Below are positions 1-11,163 of a stretch of DNA of 64,000 bases, one piece after another; within the stretch, counting starts at the first letter, position 1; each line of letters starts with the position of its first letter. The notes below the pieces were generated by a model. The model did not search any database. It worked only from the letters and a program-made list of their open reading frames with translations, and was not told where the DNA came from. The position numbers and the translations under genes are program-made. Origin of the DNA: Bacteroidales bacterium (GTDB lineage Bacteria > Bacteroidota > Bacteroidia > Bacteroidales > VadinHA17); the NCBI GenBank assembly GCA_963662685.1, contig OY759745.1, forward strand, positions 2,777,236-2,841,235. The letters are read 5' to 3'.

Positions 1-601
1 TCACGCCCCTGCCGTTTCTAATAGATACTGAAGAGTCCGTATCAACCAGTCCGTCATTCTGTGCCTGCTTCAAAACAGAGCTAAGCTTCCTGGATACCTG
101 CGAATTTTTTGAACCTATATCCGATCTTATCTCTTTCAGTTTAGGGGAAGCGGAATCTTTTATATTACCATACTTATCAATTATCCTGTCTATCGCATCT
201 ATTACGAATGGATAATTATTTACCGATAAACATATTTTTCTCAGTTCACTATATCTTGTATCATCTTTTGTTTTAAAAAAGGTTAGTATACCCCTTACTG
301 TCTCCAGAGATTTCTTCAGATCAAATACCTCCCTGATTTCCGGAAATGTACCCTCAACACGGATTTTCCCAAGACTGACTGAAATATCGTGATAGTTGTC
401 CGCGGGAAATCCTTCCTCGTACTTCAACAGGTACTGAAACTCTTCAACCTCCTTCAACAAAAATCTCAATGCCTCAGGGTCAGTAAAAAAGTCAATATTC
501 CTGACATACTCTTTACCTTTGTCTCCAAGGCACCTTTCAGTAAGCATATGCCGGATCTTGTCAAATCCTATCTTCGACTCAAAATTCTCCGGATATATCA
601 T
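1..601 (-). CDS. mutS2: Endonuclease MutS2, N-terminal 200 codons (gene continues beyond the left edge of the window)
   Basis: Not in the ORF track because it is open at the window edge. Hand translation of the reverse strand from ATG at 601..599 gives MIYPENFESKIGFDKIRHMLTERCLGDKGKEY...SVSIRNGRGV, open down to position 2. This matches the typical Bacteroidota MutS2 N-terminus. The listed 389..619 plus ORF is antisense to it. Confidence 0.75.
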   Translation of the reverse strand, partial: MIYPENFESKIGFDKIRHMLTERCLGDKGKEYVRNIDFFTDPEALRFLLKEVEEFQYLLKYEEGFPADNYHDISVSLGKIRVEGTFPEIREVFDLKKSLETVRGILTFFKTKDDTRYSELRKICLSVNNYPFVIDAIDRIIDKYGNIKDSASPKLKEIRSDIGSKNSQVSRKLSSVLKQAQNDGLVDTDSSVSIRNGRGV

Positions 602-650
602 AATTTATGGGATCATTAGACTTTCCTGAACACTGTCTACCCAACAAAAG

Positions 651-1934
651 CTATATTCTTTTGTTTAACCTCTCGTCAAGCTGATCTCTGTACGCGTTCC
701 AGTCCGTTATTTGAAAACGTGCCACTCCGGTATCCATGGCAGCTTTGGCAACTGCTGGCGCAACAGTAGATATCAGCCTTTTATCAAGTGGTTTAGGAAT
801 AATATAATCTTTCCCGTATCTGAGTTCAGTTAAATTATAGGCCCGCATAACATATACGGGGACAGGTTCTTTAGCCAGCATGGCCAATGCTTTAGCCGCC
901 GCAAGTTTCATCTCTTCGTTTATAACTGTTGCCCTGACATCAAGTGCGCCTCTAAATATATAAGGAAACCCCAATACATTATTAATCTGATTCGGATAAT
1001 CAGATCTGCCTGTTGCGAAAATCAGATCATTACGGACTGAAGTCGCATCTTCATAAGTAATTTCGGGATCAGGATTCGCCATGGCGAACACTATCGGATT
1101 GTCGGCCATAGACGCTATCATATCCCTGGTCACCATATTTGCCCTTGAAAGTCCCAGAAACAGGTCGGCTCCATTCATCGCCTCCTCAAGACTTGAAATA
1201 TTCTGATGCGTAACAAATTCTTTTTTGAAAAAATTAAGGTCGGTTCTTTTACTGTTAACAACACCTTTAGAGTCAACCATGACTATATTCTCAGGTCTGA
1301 TCCCAAGTGCGATATAGAGTCTTGAGCAAGATATAGCCGCAGCTCCGGCCCCGCATACAACCATTTTGATCCTGTCAAGTTGTTTTCCTGTTAACTCGGC
1401 AGCATTCAATAAACCTGCTCCCGATATAATAGCTGTTCCATGCTGATCATCGTGAAACACAGGAATGTCGACTATCCTTTTTAGTTTTCTTTCTATCTCA
1501 AAACACTCAGGAGCCTTAATGTCTTCCAGATTTATCCCACCAAATGTCGGCGCAATCTTAGAGCATATTTCAACAAACTTATCAATATCCAGTTCATTAA
1601 CCTCGATATCAAAAACATCAACATCAGCGAATACTTTAAAAAGAAGTCCTTTCCCTTCCATTACCGGTTTTCCCGCCATTGCGCCGATGTTCCCCAGTCC
1701 CAGTACCGCGGTTCCGTTTGAGATGACAGCGACCAGGTTTCCTTTCGACGTATACTTGTACACATCATCAGGATTATCCTTTATTTCAAGACAAGGGAAG
1801 GCAACTCCCGGAGTGTAAGCAAGGCTCAGATCTCGTTGTGTGTTGTATGGTTTAGTAGGAATTACTTCAGTTTTTCCAGGCCTGCCACCGCTATGGTACG
1901 CGAGAGCATCATCTTTCAGTTTTTTTGACATCAT
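651..1934 (-). CDS. NAD(P)-dependent malic enzyme (malic-enzyme domains only, no phosphotransacetylase-like tail)
   Basis: 427 aa. N-terminus [20 protein letters not shown]...[10 protein letters not shown] and Rossmann motif VVCGAGAAA are typical of bacterial MaeB-type malic enzymes. Confidence 0.9.
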   Translation of the reverse strand: MMSKKLKDDALAYHSGGRPGKTEVIPTKPYNTQRDLSLAYTPGVAFPCLEIKDNPDDVYKYTSKGNLVAVISNGTAVLGLGNIGAMAGKPVMEGKGLLFKVFADVDVFDIEVNELDIDKFVEICSKIAPTFGGINLEDIKAPECFEIERKLKRIVDIPVFHDDQHGTAIISGAGLLNAAELTGKQLDRIKMVVCGAGAAAISCSRLYIALGIRPENIVMVDSKGVVNSKRTDLNFFKKEFVTHQNISSLEEAMNGADLFLGLSRANMVTRDMIASMADNPIVFAMANPDPEITYEDATSVRNDLIFATGRSDYPNQINNVLGFPYIFRGALDVRATVINEEMKLAAAKALAMLAKEPVPVYVMRAYNLTELRYGKDYIIPKPLDKRLISTVAPAVAKAAMDTGVARFQITDWNAYRDQLDERLNKRI

Positions 1935-2146
1935 CGTTCTTTTTAAGCATCATTGGATAATTATTGCCGGCAAAGTTGTAAATAAAATTCCACTTTTCGC
2001 ATCATATATTTCAGGTTTTGCGGCGATTAAATAAGATTTAATTAATTCCTGACCAACAGTGTATTACAACAAATAATCTTCAAAAAATGATATCATATTA
2101 CAACTAGAATTTAAAAGATCATACGCATTCGGGGGATAGTCCGGAG

Positions 2147-3511
2147 CTATTTGATTCTCCTAAAAAACCTGTTGAACCTGATTTTTTTCAGTCCACTGGC
2201 TTCAGAGTCCTTCGATAACCATATAAATTTAGGTTTGCCCACAACATGATCTTCAGGAACAAAGCCCCAATATCTCGAATCGGCCGAATTATGGCGGTTA
2301 TCGCCCATTGCCCAGTAGTAATCCATCTTAAAGGTATATGATGAAGAAGGCACTCCATTTACAGAGATAACATTGCCATCAACCTTCAAATCATTATCCT
2401 CATATACATCTATTATTCTTTCATAAAGGCATATATTCATAGTATCAATATCCACTGTCTCTCCCTTTTTGGGAATCCATATGGGGCCATAATTGTCCTC
2501 GTTCCAGTTATAATAATCGCTATGAGGAAATATGTACGGCGCATATGTCCCTTGATTAGCGATTACCTTCTGAACATTAATAACATTGGGCAGTTTGCTC
2601 AACTCCTCGGCATTTTCTTTTGTGAGCGGGAGATAATATACTGAACTGGAATGCATATTCTGATCCAATCTGGAAATATTCAATCTCTCAAAAATTTTTG
2701 GATTGATAGAGGTCCCGTTAGTTATCACCACATATGTAGTTTGTTGCGTTTCATTCTCCTCAACATAAATACCGTTGACATATACATCGCCAGCCTTTAT
2801 TTCCACGATATCCCCCGGAATGCCTATACACCTTTTAACATAATTATCCCTACGGTCTACAGGCCTGTAGACTATATTGTTATTGTTCCATATGTAATCT
2901 CTGGCTATAGGCATATAATACGATACAGTCTTAAAATCTGAAGGATCATTTTGTTTCATCTCCCGTGCGGTTCTTCGAACAATCTCATAATAACTTGTAG
3001 CTATCTCTTCCAGGACTACTGTATCTCCTTCAGGAAAATTGAATACAAAAGGTTGATTATTCTTGACAGTCCCGAATCCCGCGGCCCGCCTGTATGGCTT
3101 TATAATAAGATTGGACCACGATTTCATTGTGGTGCCCGGAATCACGTTCTGCATGAATGGCAGGGCAAGAGGAGTATTGGGTAACCTTGGACCATAAGCT
3201 ATTTTACTGACAGCCAAATGATCTCCTACCAGCAAAGACTTCTCCATAGAGGGCGTAGGTATTCTGTAGTTCTGGAATAAAACAATATTAATAACAGAAA
3301 CAACGATAACAGCGAATATCAACGCATCAAGCCATTCAATAAAAGTGCCGTTTTCTCCGTTCCTCTTTTTCCAGAAGGTCCAGTTAACTCTTTCGGTTAT
3401 GTTAATATCAAAAATTACTATCAACCCCAACAACCACCAGTAACATTTTAACCAGAGAATCAGCAACACGTAGAGAATCGCGACGACAGCGAAAGTGATA
3501 TATCTTTTCAT
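2147..3511 (-). CDS. lepB: Signal peptidase I
   Basis: 454 aa with N-terminal TM segments, catalytic-Ser box IPTPSMEKSLLVGDHL and C-terminal box GDNRHNSADSRYWGFVPEDHVVGK. Confidence 0.9.
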   Translation of the reverse strand: MKRYITFAVVAILYVLLILWLKCYWWLLGLIVIFDINITERVNWTFWKKRNGENGTFIEWLDALIFAVIVVSVINIVLFQNYRIPTPSMEKSLLVGDHLAVSKIAYGPRLPNTPLALPFMQNVIPGTTMKSWSNLIIKPYRRAAGFGTVKNNQPFVFNFPEGDTVVLEEIATSYYEIVRRTAREMKQNDPSDFKTVSYYMPIARDYIWNNNNIVYRPVDRRDNYVKRCIGIPGDIVEIKAGDVYVNGIYVEENETQQTTYVVITNGTSINPKIFERLNISRLDQNMHSSSVYYLPLTKENAEELSKLPNVINVQKVIANQGTYAPYIFPHSDYYNWNEDNYGPIWIPKKGETVDIDTMNICLYERIIDVYEDNDLKVDGNVISVNGVPSSSYTFKMDYYWAMGDNRHNSADSRYWGFVPEDHVVGKPKFIWLSKDSEASGLKKIRFNRFFRRIK

Positions 3512-3581
3512 ACAGTATTATTTAATAATAATTGACAAAACTATTTACGACAAGACCTTCATTCAGTTAAACAAATTCATC

Positions 3582-4313
3582 TTACAGACCAAGAACGTCA
3601 GTCATCGTATAAATTCCTTTGCGTTTATAAATATATTCGGCCGCAACAACGGCTCCCGTGGCGAAGCCTTTTCTGTTCTTTGCCTCGTGAGTGATTGTTA
3701 TGGAATCAATAGGAGAATCCCAAACTACTGAATGGGTTCCTGGAACAGACCCTTCCCTGACAGCGCCTATGGGTACCTTACCTTCCAACTTTCCTAAATC
3801 GTCATCTTTCAGGTACCACTCATTATAATTATCAGAACTATCAATGATCCTTTCCGCTGTAGTAATGGCCGTGCCGCTGGGAGCATCAAGTTTTTGTTCA
3901 TGGTGTATCTCCTCAATAGATACCCCATAGTCCTTATACTCACTCAAATATGCCGAAAGTGCGGCATTAAGTTTAAAAAAAATGTTTACACCTATACTGA
4001 AATTTGATGAATGTATAAATGAGGTGTCATTCTTTGCGCAAACATCGGAAACTATCTCATATTTGTCTGTCCATCCAGTTGTTCCGGAGACAACAGGCAC
4101 TCCACAGCTCAAACATTTACATACATTTTCAAAAGCGGACGATGGCGAAGAAAACTCTATCATCACATCTACACCAAGTCTGTCGAGATTTTCTTTATTT
4201 AAGTCTCCTGAATTATTCACGTCTATTGTCAGAACCACTGAATGTCCCCTTTTTAAGGCGGCATTTTCTACCTCATGTCCCATCCTTCCATAGCCAATCA
4301 AACCAATACGCAT
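3582..4313 (-). CDS. dapB: 4-hydroxy-tetrahydrodipicolinate reductase
   Basis: 243 aa with N-terminal MRIGLIGYGRMG nucleotide-binding motif and EIHHEQKLDAPSGTA signature. Confidence 0.9.
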   Translation of the reverse strand: MRIGLIGYGRMGHEVENAALKRGHSVVLTIDVNNSGDLNKENLDRLGVDVMIEFSSPSSAFENVCKCLSCGVPVVSGTTGWTDKYEIVSDVCAKNDTSFIHSSNFSIGVNIFFKLNAALSAYLSEYKDYGVSIEEIHHEQKLDAPSGTAITTAERIIDSSDNYNEWYLKDDDLGKLEGKVPIGAVREGSVPGTHSVVWDSPIDSITITHEAKNRKGFATGAVVAAEYIYKRKGIYTMTDVLGL

Positions 4314-4383
4314 CTTTTATATCCTCTTTTAAATTAGTAACTTTAACCAACAAACCATAAAACGGCAATAATAAAAATAAATT

Positions 4384-4623
4384 TTATAACAACGAAGATA
4401 ATATCTTTTTGGCCTCCTCCGGCGATTCTCCGCAAAAGAGAGGTTCAGCAAGAAAGTCGATGCACACCCTTGGCCTTTCAGGTTTTCCAAAAAGATCGCA
4501 CCTGCGGTCCTGAGTCAAATGCAAACACTTAACGCCCGCCGGTTTACCGTTGGGCATACCCGGGATAGGAGATGATATTGATAATATCTCGCAACATTCA
4601 CCGCAGTTTTCGTGGCATTTCAT
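4384..4623 (-). CDS. YkgJ-family Cys-cluster (zinc/iron-chelating) small protein
   Basis: 79 aa with CHENCGECCE at the N-terminus plus further conserved Cys residues. Family-level call only. Confidence 0.55.
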   Translation of the reverse strand: MKCHENCGECCEILSISSPIPGMPNGKPAGVKCLHLTQDRRCDLFGKPERPRVCIDFLAEPLFCGESPEEAKKILSSLL

Positions 4624-4797
4624 ATAATCGTGCGAACCAAATTATACGCCAAATTGACAATCATTTGAAAGCGCTCTACAAAGTCAGTTTCAGATGGCAA
4701 AAATATAAAAAAGGGGGACGAATCATATTAAATAGGCACCAAATTGAATTAATACGATTTTTTTTATTTTACTTTACGTTCATATTAGAAGCAGTAT

Positions 4798-5463
4798 ATG
4801 GTCGCCAAAGATTTGATTTCCGAAACGTTACCGGTCCTAAAGCCAACAGATAGTGTTGGAACCGCGATCGGTTATATGGATAGTTTTAAGATAAGTCACC
4901 TCCCTGTTGTCAACAATATGGAATACCTTGGTGTTGTCAGCGACACCTCTCTGTACGATCTTAACGACAATGGGGCCCGGTTGGAAAACAGCGACCTGAC
5001 ACTTTTCAAACCATTTGTAGGAACGGAACAACATATTTTTGATATTCTTGGAGTAGCCGCAACTTATAACCTGTCGGTAATACCGGTGGCAACAGACTCA
5101 AATCAGTTTAAAGGGTCGATACTAAGAGTTGATCTGATCACAAGTTTCGCCAAAATATCCTCGGTTTTCGAACACGGAGGCATTATAGTTCTCGAAGTCA
5201 ACCCAAGGGACTATTCCATGTCACAAATAGCTCAAATCGTTGAAAGTAACAACATGAAGATTCTTAGCATGTTAATAACCTCTCCTCCGGATTCATCTAT
5301 GATGGAAGTTACATTGAAAGTTAACATTATAGAGCTTAGTTCGGTAATCAGGACATTTGAGAGGTACGGTTATGATGTAAAATCCTGGATCACCAGTGAT
5401 GATACAGTTGATCAGTTCTATTCTGAGCGTTTTGATATGCTGATGAAATATCTTAATATTTAA
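4798..5463 (+). CDS. CBS-domain protein
   Basis: 221 aa with tandem CBS-like segments (ISHLPVVNNMEYLGVVS, LSVIPVATDSNQFKGSI). It sits immediately upstream of nadK, as in many Bacteroidota. Confidence 0.7.
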   Translation: MVAKDLISETLPVLKPTDSVGTAIGYMDSFKISHLPVVNNMEYLGVVSDTSLYDLNDNGARLENSDLTLFKPFVGTEQHIFDILGVAATYNLSVIPVATDSNQFKGSILRVDLITSFAKISSVFEHGGIIVLEVNPRDYSMSQIAQIVESNNMKILSMLITSPPDSSMMEVTLKVNIIELSSVIRTFERYGYDVKSWITSDDTVDQFYSERFDMLMKYLNI

Positions 5464-5467
5464 TTTT

Positions 5468-6349
5468 ATGGTCAGCAAAGTAGCTATAGTAAGTAAAGAC
5501 AACAATCCCAAGACCAGGGACGGGGTACAAAAGCTGGTAACAGAATTATGCTTACGGCAGATTGAAATATTACTCTACTCACGTAATGGCGAAGAAGTTA
5601 ATCCATATCAAGGCGAAATGATTTCAGGCTCTTTTTCCTCGCTGTTGGAGTTGGCAGAATTACCCGACCTGATTTTTAGTGTTGGAGGTGACGGAACGTT
5701 TCTTGAGACAGCTATGATAGCAGGTGATTCCGGAATACCTGTGGCAGGTATTAATACGGGAAGGATGGGGTTTCTGGCCAATATACCGAACGAAGGGATT
5801 GAACATTCTGTTGATCTTTTGTGTAACGAAGATTTTTATATAGTTAACCGATCGCTGCTGGAGATTGTAAGACCGTCAGATATGTTTGGTAACAAACGCG
5901 CCTTGGCGCTCAACGAAGTAACAGTCCAAAAGACCAGTTTCAGCATGATAAATATTCACATTTTTGTTAATGGTGATTTTCTGAATACATATTGGGCCGA
6001 CGGAATAATAATATCAACCGCTACCGGATCAACAGCATACAATCTTAGTGTCGGTGGTCCTATATTATCGCCTGACGACGATAGTATTGTAATCTCTCCG
6101 ATCTCACCTCATCACCTCACTGTCAGACCATTAGTTCTTTCAGGAATAAATAATCTCAGGGTAACTCTCGATGGAAGAGTTGATGAATATCTGACAACCT
6201 GCGATTTCCGGGCAAAAAGCATGAAAATCCATGAAGAGATATTGATAAAAACGCCTGATTTCAAACTCAAAACGGTCATGCTAAAAGAGATGAATTTTTT
6301 CAACACTTTGAGAAACCGTTTGATGTGGGGTATGGACAAACGTAATTGA
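5468..6349 (+). CDS. nadK: NAD kinase
   Basis: 293 aa with GGDGTFL motif and STATGSTAYNLSVGGPIL motif. Confidence 0.9.
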   Translation: MVSKVAIVSKDNNPKTRDGVQKLVTELCLRQIEILLYSRNGEEVNPYQGEMISGSFSSLLELAELPDLIFSVGGDGTFLETAMIAGDSGIPVAGINTGRMGFLANIPNEGIEHSVDLLCNEDFYIVNRSLLEIVRPSDMFGNKRALALNEVTVQKTSFSMINIHIFVNGDFLNTYWADGIIISTATGSTAYNLSVGGPILSPDDDSIVISPISPHHLTVRPLVLSGINNLRVTLDGRVDEYLTTCDFRAKSMKIHEEILIKTPDFKLKTVMLKEMNFFNTLRNRLMWGMDKRN

Positions 6350-6398
6350 TTGCTATGGTCAAGTAGTTGATCTATACTTGCATTATTAATAAAAATGC

Positions 6399-6406
6399 TA
6401 TCTTTG
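6399..6406 (+). promoter_or_regulatory. Candidate Bacteroidota sigma-A -7 element (TAnnTTTG)
   Basis: TATCTTTG lies 23 nt upstream of the ATG at 6429. This is a motif match only. Confidence 0.35.
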
Positions 6407-6428
6407 TATCTGTTTATACAAAAAAATC

Positions 6429-7157
6429 ATGAGAAAAATTTTAGCCCTTTTAGCGCTTTTGTTCCTTGTCACATCCGGTCTGAAAGCCCAGTTATGGGAA
6501 TCGAAGAGATGGGAATTATCGGCTGGAGTAGGTCCGACACTGTTTTTTGGCGACATTGGAGGGTTTTCTCAGGATGAAAACTATCTTGGTATCAGGGATA
6601 TCGGAGTAAAACAGACCAGGTTTAACATCAATGGAACAGTAAGATACAGGATATTAAGAGATCTGAATGTAAGGACAACCCTGACGGGAGGCACCTTTCA
6701 CACCTCTGATTTAAGAGGTTCCAACGTTGAAAGGGGATTTGAATCAAGTACGTTATATTTTGAACCTTTGGCGCTCGCTGAATATTATTTCATTAAAAAT
6801 AAAGCTGAAAACAACTACCTGTTTTTAAAGAATAGCGGCAGGTATATCTCTTCTATTTTCTATTATTTTGATTTTTACGCTTTTTCGGGTTTCGGGGCCA
6901 ATTTCTTCAAGGTAACCGGTAACGATGAACTCATGGAAATAGGGATGACTGAAAATGGCAGCGCGGTAGTAATTCCAGTTGGCGTTGGAACCTCTTTTGT
7001 ATTTTCGCCTGAATTAAATTTTGGAATGGAAATTTGCGGCAGATATGCTTTTAATGATTACCTGGAAGGTTATTCATCACAATATTCAGATTCTAATGAC
7101 GTTTATTACACGGTTAATTTTACTGTTACATACAAGATAAATTCAGATTCCAGGTAA
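6429..7157 (+). CDS. Outer-membrane beta-barrel protein (DUF6089-like)
   Basis: 242 aa with a signal peptide (LALLALLFLVTSGLKAQ), alternating beta-strand pattern and aromatic C-terminus. It is a paralog of the next gene. Confidence 0.6.
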   Translation: MRKILALLALLFLVTSGLKAQLWESKRWELSAGVGPTLFFGDIGGFSQDENYLGIRDIGVKQTRFNINGTVRYRILRDLNVRTTLTGGTFHTSDLRGSNVERGFESSTLYFEPLALAEYYFIKNKAENNYLFLKNSGRYISSIFYYFDFYAFSGFGANFFKVTGNDELMEIGMTENGSAVVIPVGVGTSFVFSPELNFGMEICGRYAFNDYLEGYSSQYSDSNDVYYTVNFTVTYKINSDSR

Positions 7158-7200
7158 TAGCCATACGTTTTAATTAAATAATGCGCGTCACATTCATTAG

Positions 7201-7878
7201 ATGAATAGAATACTTTCGGTAATCCTGCTTATATTTTTTACTATACCGGGCCAAGCTCAACAAAGCGCCGATTATGGCATATTTGCGGGAGCAGCTACAT
7301 ATATAGGCGACATTAATCCAGGGAGGTTATTTTACAACCCGTTACCATCAGCAGGTTTTTTTTACAGGTATAACCTGCATGCCAGACAATCTGTTAAAAT
7401 CAGTCTGTATCACGGTATGTTAAGCGCTGACGATGCCGACTTTAACAATGGCTACCAGCAAAACAGGATGGCGGGATTCAGTGGGCAGGTTACCGAACTT
7501 GCCTCCCAGTTCGAATTCAATTTCTTTCCATACTCAACGATGGGCAAAAGATGGGATTTCTCTCCTTATTTTTCTTCCGGCATCGGGGTGGCCATATTCA
7601 ATTCGCAGGAACAGTCGGTTCAACCTGTGATACCGTTAGCAATCGGTTTTAAGGTAAATATTCATAAAAATTTGGGATTGGAGATCGAGCATGGGTTTCG
7701 TAAGACTTTTTATGATAACTTTGACGGCTTGAAAGATAACGTATCGCCAGAAGATTACGCTCTTTTGCATAATAACGATTGGTATTGCCTTACTGGCATA
7801 TCATTCACCTGGAAACTTTATAACAGGTCGGTTAATTGTGCCACATATTCTGATGTAAACGATAAAAGAAGACGATAA
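7201..7878 (+). CDS. Outer-membrane beta-barrel protein (DUF6089-like), tandem paralog
   Basis: 225 aa with signal peptide ending GQAQQ. It shares the GDI(N/G) motif after the first strand and the overall pattern with 6429..7157. Confidence 0.6.
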   Translation: MNRILSVILLIFFTIPGQAQQSADYGIFAGAATYIGDINPGRLFYNPLPSAGFFYRYNLHARQSVKISLYHGMLSADDADFNNGYQQNRMAGFSGQVTELASQFEFNFFPYSTMGKRWDFSPYFSSGIGVAIFNSQEQSVQPVIPLAIGFKVNIHKNLGLEIEHGFRKTFYDNFDGLKDNVSPEDYALLHNNDWYCLTGISFTWKLYNRSVNCATYSDVNDKRRR

Positions 7879-7880
7879 AA

Positions 7881-8612
7881 ATGTCTCTGCTCGAACAGAT
7901 TGATCTATCAAAAGTACCCCTGCATGTTGCCATTATTATGGATGGGAATGGCAGGTGGGCAGCGAAACATAGCCTTGACAGGGAAATGGGCCATAAGGAA
8001 GGAGTGAAATCAGTAAGTACAATTATTGAAACTTCTACGGAACTTGGTATACGATTTATGACACTTTATGCGTTTTCTACTGAAAACTGGGGCAGGCCTG
8101 ATGATGAGGTTCATGCTTTGATGGCGTTGATGGTGGATACTTTAACCCAAGAAACCCCGACTCTTATCAAAAACAATATAAAGTTAAGGTTAATTGGTGA
8201 TATTAATAGATTGGACAAAGACCTGCGGGCAAGACTCAACGATTCACTCAACGCGACATCGTTACTTGAAGGGTCAAATTTGATAGTAGCCCTCAGTTAT
8301 AGCTCCAGATGGGAAATTGTGGAAGCGACAAAAAAAATCGCTGGGGATGTACTTGAAAAGAAAATTAATTTAAACGACATAAATGAATCTGTTTTTGGAA
8401 ATTATTTAAACACTATCGGTATTCCTGATCCTGATTTAATGATCAGAACCAGTGGAGAATACAGAATAAGTAATTATCTTCTTTGGCAAATGGCATATAC
8501 AGAATTATATTTTACAGATGTACTTTGGCCCGATTTTAGCAAAGAAGATTTTTACAAAGCGATAGTTGAGTTCCAAAAAAGAGACAGAAGGTTTGGGAAA
8601 ATAAAACAATGA
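7881..8612 (+). CDS. uppS: Isoprenyl transferase / undecaprenyl-diphosphate synthase
   Basis: 243 aa with HVAIIMDGNGRWA, TLYAFSTENWGRP and IRTSGEYRISNYLLWQMAYTELYF motifs. Confidence 0.92.
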   Translation: MSLLEQIDLSKVPLHVAIIMDGNGRWAAKHSLDREMGHKEGVKSVSTIIETSTELGIRFMTLYAFSTENWGRPDDEVHALMALMVDTLTQETPTLIKNNIKLRLIGDINRLDKDLRARLNDSLNATSLLEGSNLIVALSYSSRWEIVEATKKIAGDVLEKKINLNDINESVFGNYLNTIGIPDPDLMIRTSGEYRISNYLLWQMAYTELYFTDVLWPDFSKEDFYKAIVEFQKRDRRFGKIKQ

Positions 8613-11143
8613 TGAATAGATCGATTTTAAAATGGTTCGCGGCTCTGGCTATTCTTGTTACTTTCAACTATTCGCTAACAGGTCAGAATAGTGACAATGT
8701 ATATGATTATTCAGTAATGAACGACTATGTTATCAAGGATATAACAGTTTCCGGGATTAAATATCTCAATTCAACTTCAATAATCAGTGTTTCAGGTTTT
8801 ACGGAGGGGCAGAGGATTACCATTCCCGGCAGTGAAATCACTGATGCCGCTAAAAAGCTCTGGGATCAGGGACTTTTTTCTGACGTACGCATAACTTACC
8901 TTCCCTACAATGCTGATACCATCACACTTGATATTTTTCTTCAAGAGCGTCCGCGTATAGCATCTTTTGATTTTGTTGGCATAAGAAGCTCCGACAAAGA
9001 GGAGATTGAGGAAAAGATTGATCTTAGAACCGGAGCCCAGGTATCTTCATATATGCTTGAAAATACTGCCAAAATAATAAAAGATTACTACGTTGATAAA
9101 GGATTTCTGAACACGACTGTTGATTTCGTACAGAAAGATAACCCGGATTTCCCGAACAGTGTTATTCTGACTATCAACGTCGACCGGAAGGAAAAAGTCA
9201 AGATTGGAGAAATAACTTTTGAAGGCAACAGCAGCTTCGAGGAGAGGAAACTCCGCCGTCAGATGAAGGGCACTAAAATGAAAAATCTTAATTTCTTCAA
9301 GGCCTCAAAGTATATTTCGGAGAAGTACGATGAAGATAAACTTAGTCTCACGACATTTTATAACGATAATGGATTCAAAGACTTTTATATCGTATCCGAC
9401 TCTCTCTACACTATTTCTGAAGACAGGGTTGGGCTAAGGATAAAAGTTGATGAAGGAGTCCAGTATTTTCTGAGAGATGTAACCTGGGTAGGAAACAGTG
9501 TGTATACTACTGACTACCTGACCGCCGTTTTTGATGTTGATAAAGGATCCGTTTACAACCCATCTTTGATCCTTGACAGGCTTCGCGGTGATGCCGGAGC
9601 CGAGGATGCGGTCAACAGTCTATATCTGGATAATGGTTATCTTTTTTCTAATATCACACCCGTTGAAGCTAACATAGAAAATGATTCGATAGACCTTGAA
9701 GTCAGAATTTATGAAGGAGATCAGGCATACCTTAATAATGTCGTAATATCCGGGAACGACCGGACAAATGAACATGTCGCCAGGAGAGAACTATATACGC
9801 TTCCCGGTGATTTATTCTCAAAAGACAAGATAGTCAGATCTATTCGTCAACTAGGAGTACTCGGCCACTGGGATCCGGAGAAGATTAGTCCAATTCCGAT
9901 ATCTGACCCCATAACCGGGACTGTTGATCTCCATTATGAACTCGAAGAAAAGGCGAACGACCAGTTTGAAATATCAGGAGGCTGGGGTGCCGGTATGTTG
10001 ATAGGTTCTGTTGGGGTCAGCTTCAACAACTTCTCCATGAAGAACTTTTTTGACAGTAAGGCATGGAAACCCTACCCTTCAGGCGACGGTCAGTCTCTTG
10101 CCGTAAGAGCTCAATCAAATGGACGCGTATACCAGTCTTATTCACTATCATTCAGCGAACCATGGTTGGGGGGCACAAAGCCGAATTCTTTTTCCGCATC
10201 CATTTACAGGTCCTTGTTGACCAATGGCTCAAAAAAAGGTGAAGACGGGTATAATTCGATGGATATTTTAGGTGCTTCGATGGGTTTAGGTAAAAGACTG
10301 ACATGGCCCGATGATTATTTTACAGTTTACGGTGAGATGGCTTACCAAAGATATATAATGAACAACTATGCGTCATCTTACAGAAGTTTCATTTTTAACG
10401 ATGGAGTTGCGAACATGTTCAGCATTACCGGAAGAATTCAAAGATATTCAGTAGGGCCAAATACAATCTATCCGAGAAGTGGCTCCTCTTATTCCCTGTC
10501 GTTACAAATAACCCCTCCCTACTCTTTGATTTCAGGGAAAGATATGAGCAACGTCACAAATCAGGAGAAATATAAATGGATAGAATTCCATAAATGGACA
10601 TTTAAAACAGAAAATTATTTCCCCATTACAAGCGATAATAAAATGGTGCTGGCAGCAAAATTCGCATTTGGATACCTTGGTCATTACAATAACGACATAG
10701 GTCCTTCTCCTTTTGAGAATTATAGTGTTGGCGGGGATGGATTAACGGGTTACTCCTTCTATGGCCAGGATATAGTAAAACTCAGGGGATACGAAACCGA
10801 AACCGTTACCCCACACAAATACAACTCTTCAGGTGGCTATGTTCCTGTAGGAAATGTCTATTCAAAAATCACTTTTGAGGTAAGATATCCGGTAGTCCTT
10901 AACCAGCAAGCTTCCGTATATGCTTTGGCCTTCGCTGAATCAGGAAAGGCATGGTACAACCTTAGAGAATACAACCCGTTTAAAATGAACCGCTCCGCAG
11001 GAGTAGGAATAAGGGCGTATCTGCCTATGTTCGGTTTGCTGGGAATCGACTGGGGTTACGGTTTTGACTCATCAGACTACATTGAAGCCAAAGGTTCCGG
11101 CAATAAATCCCAGTTCCATTTCGTAATGGGACAAGAATTTTAA
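8609..11143 (+). CDS. bamA: Outer membrane protein assembly factor BamA
   Basis: 844 aa with a signal peptide, repeated POTRA-like modules and a C-terminal barrel ending ...FHFVMGQEF. Its start overlaps the uppS stop by 4 nt (ATGA). The position uppS-bamA-ompH-ompH is conserved. Confidence 0.92.
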   Translation: MMNRSILKWFAALAILVTFNYSLTGQNSDNVYDYSVMNDYVIKDITVSGIKYLNSTSIISVSGFTEGQRITIPGSEITDAAKKLWDQGLFSDVRITYLPYNADTITLDIFLQERPRIASFDFVGIRSSDKEEIEEKIDLRTGAQVSSYMLENTAKIIKDYYVDKGFLNTTVDFVQKDNPDFPNSVILTINVDRKEKVKIGEITFEGNSSFEERKLRRQMKGTKMKNLNFFKASKYISEKYDEDKLSLTTFYNDNGFKDFYIVSDSLYTISEDRVGLRIKVDEGVQYFLRDVTWVGNSVYTTDYLTAVFDVDKGSVYNPSLILDRLRGDAGAEDAVNSLYLDNGYLFSNITPVEANIENDSIDLEVRIYEGDQAYLNNVVISGNDRTNEHVARRELYTLPGDLFSKDKIVRSIRQLGVLGHWDPEKISPIPISDPITGTVDLHYELEEKANDQFEISGGWGAGMLIGSVGVSFNNFSMKNFFDSKAWKPYPSGDGQSLAVRAQSNGRVYQSYSLSFSEPWLGGTKPNSFSASIYRSLLTNGSKKGEDGYNSMDILGASMGLGKRLTWPDDYFTVYGEMAYQRYIMNNYASSYRSFIFNDGVANMFSITGRIQRYSVGPNTIYPRSGSSYSLSLQITPPYSLISGKDMSNVTNQEKYKWIEFHKWTFKTENYFPITSDNKMVLAAKFAFGYLGHYNNDIGPSPFENYSVGGDGLTGYSFYGQDIVKLRGYETETVTPHKYNSSGGYVPVGNVYSKITFEVRYPVVLNQQASVYALAFAESGKAWYNLREYNPFKMNRSAGVGIRAYLPMFGLLGIDWGYGFDSSDYIEAKGSGNKSQFHFVMGQEF

Positions 11144-11163
11144 TGAACTAATAATTTATTATC

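Noticed and set aside
389-619. Listed 76-aa plus-strand ORF at the left end of the window
   Set aside because: It lies entirely antisense to the well-supported mutS2 N-terminal coding region (1..601, minus) and has no recognisable features.
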